This document shows positions 11,601-20,002 of a stretch of DNA of 64,000 nucleotides, in pieces. The notes below the pieces were generated by a model. The model was not told the origin of the DNA and did no database searches. It saw only the letters and a program-made list of their open reading frames with translations. Made by a program: the position numbers and the translations under genes. How positions within the stretch are numbered: the stretch's first letter is position 1; the number at the start of each line of letters is the position of its first letter. Location of the stretch: positions 172,367-236,366 of the IMG/VR virus record IMGVR_UViG_3300026085_000093, one strand, 5' to 3'. This DNA comes from a virus. Its lineage: Duplodnaviria; Caudoviricetes.

Positions 11601-14600
11601 GTTACAGTAAGTAGTTCAGGCGGCGTTGCAGGTAGTGCAGTAATTAATAATAAACTAATTGTTAAACATCGAAAAGTAATTTTTGGCGATGCAGAAGCAA
11701 GTGCAACACCAGCAGATGTAGAAATACATGGCGCAGCAGGTATCGGTACAGACATCGGCGGCGGCGAAATTAAAATTGTAGGCGGTCTTGGAACTGGTGC
11801 AGGTACAGGTGGAGACTTTGTTGTAGAAACTGGCACAGTTACAACAACAAGCGATTTCCTACAAAGTCCATCAGAAAGATTGCGTATCGATACAAGCGGT
11901 GTTTTAACTTATACAGGTTATGCAAAATTTACAACTACTGCTGGTATAAAAATTCCAGTAGGTACAAGCGCACAACGTCCAGGCGCACCTGGTGTAGGTA
12001 CAGCAGCAGCGCAAGGCCAAATTCGTTATAATACTAGCGACAGTACATTTGAAGGTTACGATGGAAGTAACTGGGGTTCATTGGGCGGTGTTAAAGACGT
12101 TGACCAAGATACCAAAATTGAAGCTGAATCTAGTGCTGGAGTAGATAATGATCAGTTAGATTTCTATACAGCAGGCACACAGCGTATGCAAATCGGTGCA
12201 ACTGGTGACCTAGCATTTGGTGATTCGTTGAATAAGTTTACTGTTGCTTATGCAACTGGTACTGCAACATTTGCAGGAGACTTAACAGTTTCAGGTAACC
12301 TAACAGTAGATGGTACAACTGTTACACTAAACACAACAACACTAGACGTTGAAGATATCAACATCACAGTAGCAAAAGGCGCAGCGAATGCTGCCGCAGC
12401 AGACGGCGCTGGTCTTACAGTAGACGGTGCAAATGCAACATGGACTTATGATGCATCAAACACTAGTTGGGATTCAAGTGAAGATATTAATCTTGTAAGC
12501 AGTAAAGCATATTTTATCAATGACGTAAGTGTTCTAAACTCTACAACACTTGGTGCAAATATTGTAAACTCTAGTTTAACTGTTGTAGGAACACTTAATA
12601 CTGGTTCAATAAGTTCAGGCTTTGGTAATATTAATATTGGATCATCAAATCTAACAGCAACAGGCACAATAAGCCTAGGTGCAACTAGTTTCAACGATAA
12701 TAATATTACAAACGTTGGTACAATTAGTTTAGATACAATCCAAAAAGATGCAGGCACAGGAATCAACTTTGCATCAGGAACAATTGTAACAGTAAGCGAC
12801 ACAACTGAATCTACAATAGCAACAGATGGTGCATTAATTGTTTCAGGCGGTGTTGGTATTGCTAAAAAACTAAGAGTTGGCGGTGTTATATACGGCGATG
12901 GTAGCGGACTAACAAATCTAAATGCGTCACAGTTACTAAGTGGTACTATTCCGGATGCAGTGCTTCCTACTTCACAAACAGGAAAAACATTTACAAGTGA
13001 TATCACAGTAAATGGACACTTGATCGGTGAAGGCGGTGGAAGCAGTGCTACTAACTTCTTTGCAGGAGGAGGTGCTGCTGTAACAACTGGTATAGACTCA
13101 GTCGGTGTAGGAGACGGTGTATTTGGTGCTGTATTAACAGGCAATCAAAACACCGGTGTTGGTAAAGATGCTCTTGCATTAGTTACTGCATCAGCAAACA
13201 ACACAGCAATGGGTGCATACACACTTTCACAGATTGATGCAGCAACAGGCGGCAACACAGCAATCGGTGCTGAAAGTATGCAGAACTCAATTACTGCTAA
13301 TGCAAACGTTGCTATTGGTTATAAAGCACTAGAAATTGCAAATGCAAGTAACAACGTAATTATTGGATACGGCGCAGGTGCGACAATTACAACAGGTAGT
13401 AACAACATTGTTATTGGTAAAGATGCTGCACCAACAGCAAATACCACAGACAATGAAATTACATTAGGTACTTCTTCGCATACAAATCTAAGAATACCAG
13501 GTGTAGGACTAACTGTTAACACTACAACATTGTCATTTAGTGGTACTACTGGTTTTGCAGGTGTCGGTACTTCACTTACTGCACTTAATGCAAGCCAACT
13601 TACAAGTGGAACTGTACCAGATGGTAGAATTTCAAGTTCAAGTGTAACACAGCACGAAACTGACATTGATGCTGTAGGTACACTAAACGCAGGTGCAATT
13701 AGTTCTGGCTTTGGTAACATTGATATTGGTACAAGCACATTTACTGGTAACGGTAGTGGTCTAACATCACTAAACGCAAGTAACTTATCAAGTGGTACTG
13801 TTGCAGGTACAAGACTAGGCGGCAACCAGTCAATGAGTGGTATTAAGACGTTCTCAAACACTACTGAAGCAAGCAGCACAACAACAGGTGCTGTTAAAGT
13901 AAGTGGTGGTGTTGGTATTGCTAAAAACCTACATGTTGGCGGAACAATTACAGGTAATGGTAGTGGTCTAACATCACTAAACGCAAGTAACTTATCAAGT
14001 GGTACAGTACCTAACGCAAGAATTAGCGGTAGTTACACAGGTATTACTGGTACTGGCGCACTAGATGCAGGTCAAATTACCAGCAACTTTGGTAACATTA
14101 ACATTGGTACAAGTACATTTACTGGTAACGGTAGTGGGCTTACAAATGTTAGTGCAGATACGCTAGATGGTATTGATAGCACACAGTTCTTACGTTCGGA
14201 TGCTAACGATACAGCAAGTGGCGTTATTAGTTTAGTAGGTGCAGGCGCACAAAGACTTGTTATTAGAAACACAACAAACGCAGGCGGTGCTAGAATTGAC
14301 TTTACTGACCATGCATCTAATACGCAATATGGTAGACTAAACTTTGAGCATTCAGACAGTGCGTCACCTGGCAGTGCATATGGTGCAGTATTCAAATTCC
14401 AAACAACAGAAACAAACTTAGCAGTTACTATTGATGGACCGGGTGACTTCTATGTCAACGGAAACAAAGTATGGCATGCTGGTAACGATGGTGCAGGTTC
14501 AGGACTAGATGCTGACACAGTTGACGGACAAGACATTGGCGATTTTGTTAACGGCGCAGGAGTAGACAACGGACTTACTACAATTAGAGTAAACGATGCA

Positions 14601-15791
14601 GACTTTATTGTTCAAGATACTACAGACACCACAACAAACTATATATGGAGAGATCATAGTGAAAACGCCTTGTATTTAGGTACAGCAAATGCTGTTGTTA
14701 CACTGCGATCAACATTAGACTTAAACTCAAATAATCTCACTAACGGTGGTACTATTAGTGGTACGTTTAGTGGTAATGGCGCAAGTATTACAGATATCAA
14801 TGCTGGTAACATTACATCTGGTACATTCCCAGATCTATTTAGTTCTAGTACACGCTACAACATTGGTCTTATTGATGGCTACGGAGCAAACAGTTACGAT
14901 AAGATCAGAGTTTGGAATTCGAGTTCATATACAATTGGTATGACAAGTGCTCAAAGTTATGGTTGGCTAAATGACTATGCAATGACATTTACTATGAACG
15001 ATGATACTGATAGAGGCTTCTTATGGAGAGATACCAGTGATGTAGCATCAGATGGTGCTATGTCACTTACTACAAACGGTAACTTGATGGTTAAGAATGC
15101 TATTGGTTTAGCAGGTAATACTGGTGCTTATATCCAAGCAGCAAACACTCAAAACTACGGTACTATAAGAGTAGAAGGTTCCAACGGCACCAGCGGATCA
15201 TACGCAGGTTATTCAGTTAGAGATGACTGGGTTATGATGTCAAGCAGCGCAAGTAACTGTGGACTTTATAATGATACTGACAACGAATGGGCATGGTATG
15301 CACAACAAAACTCTTACACATACATCTACTATAATGGTTCATGGAGAGCAAGAGCACAAAACGAAGGTTGGTATGTAAACGGTCAATTGCTTGCAACAAG
15401 CGAAGTTACAGCATACTACTCAGACGAACGTTTGAAAACATTCACAGGTAAACTAGAAGGTGCCCTTGATAAAGTAAAAGCACTCAATGGTTATCTATAT
15501 GTTGAAAACGAAACTGCTAAGAAGTACGGATACAACAATGACAATTCACAAGTAGGTGTTAGTGCCCAAGAAGTACAAAAGGTACTACCAGAAGCAGTTG
15601 TTGCTGCACCGTTCGACTTAGACGAAGATGGTAACAGTAAGTCAGGTGAAAACTATCTAACAGTTAAGTATGAGCGTATGGTTCCGTTGTTAATTGAAGC
15701 AGTAAAAGAAGCAGATGACAAAATTGAAGCACAGGCTGCTGAGATTGCTGAACTAAAAGCAATGGTGCAAAAATTAATTGAAAAAAATTAA
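5670..15791 (+). CDS. 3373-aa long tail fibre/adhesin with C-terminal intramolecular chaperone (peptidase S74)
   Basis: N-terminal fibre anchor (KRS...GELAINTADGK), VYVS...GNDANDG...RTIKRA motif, G/T/S/N-rich beta repeats, C-terminal SDERLK...GVSAQEV...YERMVPLLIEAVKE plus coiled coil. Confidence 0.85.
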   Translation: MATRIRHKRSAVADKKPIVSQLDSGELAINTADGKVFLLRDDNTVQDITRRIFSKDTELAVNEPDDSTSGTIDMTIDGEKKFIGSISDLEFLDDVTIDNAKSLKMREATASGLDSINIKAPTTIPSSYDIVLPTENGIDGQVLRLTSDGSLAFENPDVYGGNVVYVSAERGNDANDGLNKPVRTIKRACQIASGLVYNVDGTTNGIRVNVKIAVGDYEEQNPVIVPDNTVIKGDGLRGCIIRPANANQDILRVRNACYFGEFTFRDKVDANFVPLWTGDYCVAFDDPNDATVDRTGYTNLPDTAPFITVSPYVQNCSILSFLGLNGAKIDGAKIVSPNIGLIPLEQENPVLGATPEQGKSMVANAFTMLSFGGTGWRLLNDAYAQIVSCFQIFLLNGVYTQSGGYCSITNSATNFGLYSLRSSGYSPKAFVFDRAFVTATGQSEGLQTVSIVGLNRTAPVEEFVLRFRDPEYKIAYDLIQGETQNIIDDTITYITNSVAAATPGDIWYLFNYDEAKCRRDLSIILDAVSRDTWATANALTRQAALAYYSQRIADSSNITISGQEEQTIDAIEEASRLTGIVLTDLDSEPRAYVDELFDLVKNAIADPDSIPASFDVSSEGEITNQFKDPPDEVLFNGGSGVSEITNIFTKTAHGLVNGEQVVYSANGNVPIQGLDEEQTYYVKLINVNEFSLTFDDSLEFDVNIIATSSGTHKFLTNIKEFFVKEIISSHTTYQKLILPSGSEGYAFVPGRQITATTGAANNRAIVYSWTPNLRELVVSIEEVAVGESTQRVQFSNLSIIDDDHTPSPNTNIGVSEVQPFVGYSTATFTIEPTVAGELLTNLVALPEKAIWLHRPSIVNSSSHTWEFAGSGTDYNALPQNGGNTRTEYEQFEELPGRCYSSGTNELGDFKVGDFITAFNRTGNITFRNKVQVDELDALRLSLSNVAIEEISTSVNLGDDEIGGPSDSRLSTQLATRSFLSNRLGGFIDKSVSTAAVPGAIVQLNTNGQLNPDLIPATRQFTSTNTDGYESRLTQVDEIPAIDLKAGDIGTEEYDQIELTFSSPISANDGDLITQPVTGARGLAKGNYASSTNLLVASEDNQFKPGEDSTGTDFDTTNNIFIAGVDTGQAPLTLGSVSEITDNFFLKSSNSSQYLVLDSSGAPFNFTVETITNVERTGNVATITTSGNHNLAIGNNVEVECNDTLYNENGLVTGVPSTTTFTIENTGSNEGSKAATGTVRTIVTSADGNAQGAVTETRFGVCTNVDNANITGGSGYTPTLGTLVYEMVDLQAKTGVGTGAKADITVTAGQISDVDLRRGGTGYAAGDLLEVNASDVGGTGSGFEIEIAAIEDRAYVNILGGELYVASASSIDFIEDNDAVSSKITTTLDDSIVNQFLAGTIAGGGDVDYTTYRITMTAHGYSDGDPIRYNTLGNVAIGGLLNGSVYYAKRIDANTIEVYEDFSLLNQIEFLTTPANNAHQWTRFNVNIYDNSIIVLNHGLTTGDAIRIEEEDDGSSGTGLFSINGTQVITGSRFFIGSVTTNSFTLHTLRSDALSSINGLVTNASDITATGTGDADVIPNNVQVNTVVNTSSRLKANWNTLAVTNIDASNIISGTVSPSRLGSSGIASSDTFLRGDSAYAVAVQTLTKASTTDNPITLTGPNTSGDYYGAVDIGIANVDYDPGGTYSTLGTSRFFQQQFDVDAAGTGQVFIKDGVVDAGTLDGLDSSYFLNPANLTSNVPVNRGGTNLSTYADGDLIYAQTSGTLNALNIGRQGNILVVNSGYPVWGDAVDVLNNLDIGAADTSSKSTATGKVYNENLTTVEISGEADVTRIGASTSTRAITSFIDGYDAATSQVVAINLNSFTRNTNENVNNTDDFIPLSSTATIEVGMVVTGSASLQANTVVTGVSDDVVYIDKPTTGTIPTTSTLTFTYTPEVLGIRAGDFVTIASSGVASLDGTWPVLGATVNATSFTIQTELNVTVSSSGGVAGSAVINNKLIVKHRKVIFGDAEASATPADVEIHGAAGIGTDIGGGEIKIVGGLGTGAGTGGDFVVETGTVTTTSDFLQSPSERLRIDTSGVLTYTGYAKFTTTAGIKIPVGTSAQRPGAPGVGTAAAQGQIRYNTSDSTFEGYDGSNWGSLGGVKDVDQDTKIEAESSAGVDNDQLDFYTAGTQRMQIGATGDLAFGDSLNKFTVAYATGTATFAGDLTVSGNLTVDGTTVTLNTTTLDVEDINITVAKGAANAAAADGAGLTVDGANATWTYDASNTSWDSSEDINLVSSKAYFINDVSVLNSTTLGANIVNSSLTVVGTLNTGSISSGFGNINIGSSNLTATGTISLGATSFNDNNITNVGTISLDTIQKDAGTGINFASGTIVTVSDTTESTIATDGALIVSGGVGIAKKLRVGGVIYGDGSGLTNLNASQLLSGTIPDAVLPTSQTGKTFTSDITVNGHLIGEGGGSSATNFFAGGGAAVTTGIDSVGVGDGVFGAVLTGNQNTGVGKDALALVTASANNTAMGAYTLSQIDAATGGNTAIGAESMQNSITANANVAIGYKALEIANASNNVIIGYGAGATITTGSNNIVIGKDAAPTANTTDNEITLGTSSHTNLRIPGVGLTVNTTTLSFSGTTGFAGVGTSLTALNASQLTSGTVPDGRISSSSVTQHETDIDAVGTLNAGAISSGFGNIDIGTSTFTGNGSGLTSLNASNLSSGTVAGTRLGGNQSMSGIKTFSNTTEASSTTTGAVKVSGGVGIAKNLHVGGTITGNGSGLTSLNASNLSSGTVPNARISGSYTGITGTGALDAGQITSNFGNINIGTSTFTGNGSGLTNVSADTLDGIDSTQFLRSDANDTASGVISLVGAGAQRLVIRNTTNAGGARIDFTDHASNTQYGRLNFEHSDSASPGSAYGAVFKFQTTETNLAVTIDGPGDFYVNGNKVWHAGNDGAGSGLDADTVDGQDIGDFVNGAGVDNGLTTIRVNDADFIVQDTTDTTTNYIWRDHSENALYLGTANAVVTLRSTLDLNSNNLTNGGTISGTFSGNGASITDINAGNITSGTFPDLFSSSTRYNIGLIDGYGANSYDKIRVWNSSSYTIGMTSAQSYGWLNDYAMTFTMNDDTDRGFLWRDTSDVASDGAMSLTTNGNLMVKNAIGLAGNTGAYIQAANTQNYGTIRVEGSNGTSGSYAGYSVRDDWVMMSSSASNCGLYNDTDNEWAWYAQQNSYTYIYYNGSWRARAQNEGWYVNGQLLATSEVTAYYSDERLKTFTGKLEGALDKVKALNGYLYVENETAKKYGYNNDNSQVGVSAQEVQKVLPEAVVAAPFDLDEDGNSKSGENYLTVKYERMVPLLIEAVKEADDKIEAQAAEIAELKAMVQKLIEKN
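13752..14005 (+). repeat. Exact 47-bp direct repeat in the distal fibre (13752-13798 and 13959-14005)
   Basis: ggtagtggtctaacatcactaaacgcaagtaacttatcaagtggtac occurs twice. Confidence 0.9.
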
Positions 15792-15800
15792 AAAAAGTTC

Positions 15801-15829
15801 TTGACAAAGATTCTATTTGCAGTTAGTAT
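15801..15829 (+). promoter_or_regulatory. Sigma70-type promoter
   Basis: TTGACA-17 nt-TAGTAT preceded by an A-tract. Confidence 0.75.
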
Positions 15830-15858
15830 GTATATATTAACTGTAGATAGGATCACTT

Positions 15859-16032
15859 ATGGCATTACCTCCAACAGGATCACAAATTACTATGAGCGAA
15901 ATTAGAAACTATTTTGGCTCTTCAACAACCCCAATTACAATGAGTTTTTTGGGTAGCTACTTGGGTATCTCAAGTGGTACAACAATTCCTATGAGTTCAA
16001 CATTTGGCGGTTTAGGAACTCCAGGAGTATAA
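15859..16032 (+). CDS. 57-aa small protein (MALPPTGSQITMSEIRNYFG...), absent from the ORF track
   Basis: Clean ORF filling the gap after a promoter; AGGA 6 nt before ATG; resembles MAL(P/Q)xSGxI(S/T)(L/M)xxI small proteins often found next to phage fibres. Confidence 0.75.
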   Translation: MALPPTGSQITMSEIRNYFGSSTTPITMSFLGSYLGISSGTTIPMSSTFGGLGTPGV

Positions 16033-16056
16033 CTAGCAAAGTAAAGGAGCAGACGT

Positions 16057-16455
16057 ATGCTAACACGTTATCAAATTGAAAATATCGAACTTGCAAATGA
16101 ATACAGCAAGGCACGCAAATTAACTAAACTTTCATCACTTGAAGTAGATGAAAGTATTCTAACAGAAATCAAAGACGCTATTCTTGACGGTGAAAAAGAA
16201 ACTGATGTAATGGCGCGAGCAGCAGATGACGATAGAGAACATTGGATTCGTGCTATCGGTAAAAAAGCCGCTGCTGATCTACTAACACTTGGTAAGGTTC
16301 AGCCTGAAACAATGCTTGAAATGGGCAACCTTCCATCCGAAGATTTCCGCGAAGCAGTAAAAGTAGCAACTGGTACTGCAAGACAGTGGAATAATGATAC
16401 TGTGGCTGCAGAGCAAGAACTAAACACAGACACAGTTGATGATTCTCTAGTTTAA
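16057..16455 (+). CDS. Hypothetical helical protein
   Basis: AAGGAG Shine-Dalgarno; typical codon use. Confidence 0.75.
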   Translation: MLTRYQIENIELANEYSKARKLTKLSSLEVDESILTEIKDAILDGEKETDVMARAADDDREHWIRAIGKKAAADLLTLGKVQPETMLEMGNLPSEDFREAVKVATGTARQWNNDTVAAEQELNTDTVDDSLV

Positions 16456-16456
16456 G

Positions 16457-17068
16457 ATGAGAATCGCGATTTGTATTCCAGCACGGGATACAGTTCACAC
16501 AGGATTTGCTTTATGTTTAGCAAATCTCACAGCACGTCTGCAACGAGACGGAATAGAATTTGTTGTTCTATTCAATCTTGGCAGTGTGATTGCCAACCAA
16601 AGAAACTCGCTAGTTTGGGATGCCTTTGCCAAAGGGGCATCCCACATACTTTGGTTAGATAGCGATATGCACATACCATCAAATGTTGTTGATGTGTTCC
16701 TTAAACATAAAAAAGATATTGTTGCTGCAACCTACAGCACACGAGTCAAACCGCAACGCAGTGTTGCGTTTACCGATCAATACAACTTAGACAGTAGACT
16801 GACAGAGTCAAAAGGTTTACACGAAGTTTTTGCAGTAGGTCTTGGATGTATGTTAGTTGATAGAGATGTGTATCGTGTATTAGATGCACCTTGGTTTAAC
16901 TATACATGGAACGAGGACACACACGACCTTAGCGGTGAAGATATTCACTTTTGTAAGTTAGTCAGAGATAATGGTTATAAAATATATGTAGATGCTGATA
17001 TAAGTGAAAAGGTTGCACACTTCGGCACTAAGGCATATATGTTAAGAGAAACAAATGAATTCAGTTAG
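16457..17068 (+). CDS. GT-A fold (GT2-like) glycosyltransferase
   Basis: IAICIPAR start, ILWLDSDM (DxD), GLGCMLV, PWF, GEDIHFC motifs. Confidence 0.7.
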   Translation: MRIAICIPARDTVHTGFALCLANLTARLQRDGIEFVVLFNLGSVIANQRNSLVWDAFAKGASHILWLDSDMHIPSNVVDVFLKHKKDIVAATYSTRVKPQRSVAFTDQYNLDSRLTESKGLHEVFAVGLGCMLVDRDVYRVLDAPWFNYTWNEDTHDLSGEDIHFCKLVRDNGYKIYVDADISEKVAHFGTKAYMLRETNEFS

Positions 17069-19583
17069 TAGATTTGAAAGATTTAGTAAAAACATTTATA
17101 ACGGACAAGATGTCCTAAAAAATCACATTTTTCAATGTTATCCAATACTACACACAGACGATGTAGAAGATTATGAACAAGTAAGAGATTATGCAGAAGT
17201 TGCTGATTATGTTTGGCTTGTTGACAAATCAATTAAAGTATTAAATACATTTCCTTGGCATTTTAGGCCAAGCATTGAACAAAGTAACGGCATTCACTTG
17301 TTTCCGTATGTAAGAAAAAAGAGTAGACATCCTAAAAGTTGGAATAAAGTACAACTAGTTCCAACAAAGTTTGATGCAAAAAAGAAATATACTCACAACA
17401 ATATTTGTGGTGTATATGATCCATATTACGGTAAAGAAAAATTTGATATATTCTTCTTAGGTAGCCGTAAAGATAGCGAATATAAAAAATTAAAAGAAAA
17501 ATACAATATACAAATTGTTGACACTTATAGTCAAGCACAAGAACTAACTTCGACTGATATGTTTTGGTTAATACCAAATGATGTTACAGTATCAGAAAAC
17601 TTCGACTTTTCTTTTGAACCAGACGAATGGAGTTACAAATATAATCATGTGTTTGGAAATGGAAAAAGAAATCAATTTGACGGCATATTTTTGTGTAACA
17701 AATTCTATAATCCCTCAAATAGAGAAATTGACTATAGATTTTTAATTAACAAAAAAGAAGTCCGTATGATTGCAAGTACACCTAAGCCATATGACTTTTT
17801 TGAAATTGATAATTATGACGAATACAAAACTGCACTTGAATCATCTACAACAGAAATGTTTTGGATGAGCAGTAAAAATATAAAAGTTAATATTGATCTT
17901 GACTTTTATATTTCACACCATGAAAAAGATCTTAAAAACAAAACACATGCATTTTTGCATAGCAATAACAAGTACAATGGATTATTTTTGTGTTCTAAAA
18001 ACAAAGTACTCTCAGAAAAAGAAGTTACTTATAGATTTCCTGTAGAACGCATTGAACATGATATTGTAGCAACAGGACCTGTAACTTATGATAGATTCTA
18101 TGTTGATTCGTATGAAGAATATGAATATGCACTGAATAATTCCAAAACAGAAATGTTTTGGATGGACAGTAAAAACATCAGCAGCGATATACCAGAGATA
18201 TATTTTGACTTTGAAAACGAATACGACAGACAAACAAATCATGCTTTTGTACACGATGCTGATGGAAGGCAATTATACAACGGCTTGTTCCTTTGTTCAA
18301 CAAAAAAACCTCTTAACAAAAAAGAAGTTGAACACAGACACATCATTGAAAGAAAAGAATGGAAAGTTATTGGCTCAACAGGAGTCAAGTATGAAAAATT
18401 TTATATTGACACTTATGGTGAATATCTAAATGCGCTAGAGCAAAGCAAAACAGAGATGTTTTGGGCATTAAGTAGAAATATAAAAATAAAGAAAAACTTT
18501 AAATTCGACAAGTATTTTACACACGACAATATGTTTGATAGAAAAATTAATCATGCGTTTTTACATGATGTTGATGGTGAAAAACTTTATAGTGGTGTAT
18601 TTTTATGTAGCAAGTACTCAAAGCTTTCTAAAAAAGAAATAGAATTTAGACATCCGGTAAACCGTAAAGAATGGAATGAAGTTGCAAGTACAAAAACTAG
18701 ATATGATGTATTTGATATAACATCGTACGATGATTACTTAGATGCAATGCAAAAATCTAAAACAGAAATGTTTTGGGGTAAGTTACAAAATTTATCAGTT
18801 ATTGATGAATCAATTTTTGATTTGTATTTTACACATGACAATACGTTTGATAGAAAGACCAATCATGCGTTTTTACATAAAGTAAATGATAAACTAACTT
18901 ATGACGGACTATATTTGTTTTCAAAACATAAGCCTGTAACTAAAAAAGAAATTGATTACAAACATATTGTTGAAAGAAAAGAGTATGAACGAGTAATAAG
19001 TGGACCTGTTCTTTACGACATTTTTGACGTAGATAATTATGATGAATACTTGGAAGCACTAAGCAAATCTACAACAGAAATGTTTTGGATTAAAAGTAGA
19101 AATGTTGAAATTGATCCTAACTTTAAGTTTGATTTATTCTTTGATAACAGAGACAATGAATTTGAATACGAAAGAAATGAAAATCATGTTTTTGTACACA
19201 AAGTAGGAAATAAAGAATACTATAACGGTGTGTTTTTAATGAGCAAAAACAAACCTGTAAGTAAAAAAGAAATTGAACATAGACATCTTGTTACTAGAAA
19301 AGAATGGAATACTGTTGCAAGTGGGCCTGTAGAATATGATAGATTTATTATTGATACCTATGAAGACTATCTTAAAGCACTAGATGAATCTACAACAGAA
19401 ATGTTTTGGGCTATTTCGTCAAACGTTGATACAAGTAATTTTAACTTTGATATTTACTTTACACACGATAATGAATATGATAGAAGTACTTCTCATTCAT
19501 TCATACACGAAGTCGAAGGTAAGCAATATCATAATGGTATTTTTCTATTACCAAAAAATGTATCAAGAGATAAGATTAATTAA
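17055..19583 (+). CDS. 842-aa protein built from 7-8 tandem ~100-aa repeats (degenerate GT-A-like units)
   Basis: T(E/D)MFW seven times, each with YDxFxIDxYxxYxxAL, NH(A/V)F(L/V)H, Y(N/S/D)G(L/V)FL and KKE(I/V)xxRH. Confidence 0.75.
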   Translation: MNSVSRFERFSKNIYNGQDVLKNHIFQCYPILHTDDVEDYEQVRDYAEVADYVWLVDKSIKVLNTFPWHFRPSIEQSNGIHLFPYVRKKSRHPKSWNKVQLVPTKFDAKKKYTHNNICGVYDPYYGKEKFDIFFLGSRKDSEYKKLKEKYNIQIVDTYSQAQELTSTDMFWLIPNDVTVSENFDFSFEPDEWSYKYNHVFGNGKRNQFDGIFLCNKFYNPSNREIDYRFLINKKEVRMIASTPKPYDFFEIDNYDEYKTALESSTTEMFWMSSKNIKVNIDLDFYISHHEKDLKNKTHAFLHSNNKYNGLFLCSKNKVLSEKEVTYRFPVERIEHDIVATGPVTYDRFYVDSYEEYEYALNNSKTEMFWMDSKNISSDIPEIYFDFENEYDRQTNHAFVHDADGRQLYNGLFLCSTKKPLNKKEVEHRHIIERKEWKVIGSTGVKYEKFYIDTYGEYLNALEQSKTEMFWALSRNIKIKKNFKFDKYFTHDNMFDRKINHAFLHDVDGEKLYSGVFLCSKYSKLSKKEIEFRHPVNRKEWNEVASTKTRYDVFDITSYDDYLDAMQKSKTEMFWGKLQNLSVIDESIFDLYFTHDNTFDRKTNHAFLHKVNDKLTYDGLYLFSKHKPVTKKEIDYKHIVERKEYERVISGPVLYDIFDVDNYDEYLEALSKSTTEMFWIKSRNVEIDPNFKFDLFFDNRDNEFEYERNENHVFVHKVGNKEYYNGVFLMSKNKPVSKKEIEHRHLVTRKEWNTVASGPVEYDRFIIDTYEDYLKALDESTTEMFWAISSNVDTSNFNFDIYFTHDNEYDRSTSHSFIHEVEGKQYHNGIFLLPKNVSRDKIN

Positions 19584-19994
19584 TTCAAACACAGTTTGTA
19601 ATTTGTTTTGATTAGTTTTACTACGCAAAGTATTGGCTAAGCCTTGATGTAAAGGCTTAGGCCATTTTCCAAATTCTACCCATGCATATCCATCGTGTTC
19701 TACATTTAAAATAGGCAAAAATTCATCTTGAACTACACAAAGATATGTATGAAAGTGAAAATGTTCATCGTTACTAACAAAAGTTTCTAAAGGAATAGTT
19801 TTTTTTATTTCAGGAAGAAATCCTATTTCTTCTTTGATTTCTCTTTTAAGTGCTTCCCAAGCAGTCTCATTTTCTTCATTAGTACCTCCTACTAATCCCC
19901 ATACTGAATTTTTCTTTGCTGTTCTGTGTAAGGTAAGAAATCTTTTAGTCGAGAGGGTATAAAACAATGCACCACTACATATTATCTTTTTCAT
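19563..19994 (-). CDS. NUDIX hydrolase
   Basis: Nudix box GGTNEENETAWEALKREIKEEIG. Confidence 0.85.
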   Translation of the reverse strand: MKKIICSGALFYTLSTKRFLTLHRTAKKNSVWGLVGGTNEENETAWEALKREIKEEIGFLPEIKKTIPLETFVSNDEHFHFHTYLCVVQDEFLPILNVEHDGYAWVEFGKWPKPLHQGLANTLRSKTNQNKLQTVFELINLIS

Positions 19995-20002
19995 AAAAAT
20001 AA

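Noticed and set aside
892-14395. Many long minus-strand ORFs opposite the two fibre genes (e.g. 4897-5430, 12446-13144, 13319-13879)
   Set aside because: In-register antisense shadows of G/T/S/A-rich coding sequence; no Shine-Dalgarno or promoter, and products are low-information V/P/A/S strings.
6313-14943. +1-frame ORFs 6313-6546, 8194-8484 and 14746-14943 in the tail fibre; likewise 26637-26867 in the sheath
   Set aside because: L/V runs are broken by Q/H throughout, as expected from ordinary mixed A/T-ending codons; no local codon shift or clean TM segment. They also show the background rate against which the overprinting claims must be tested.
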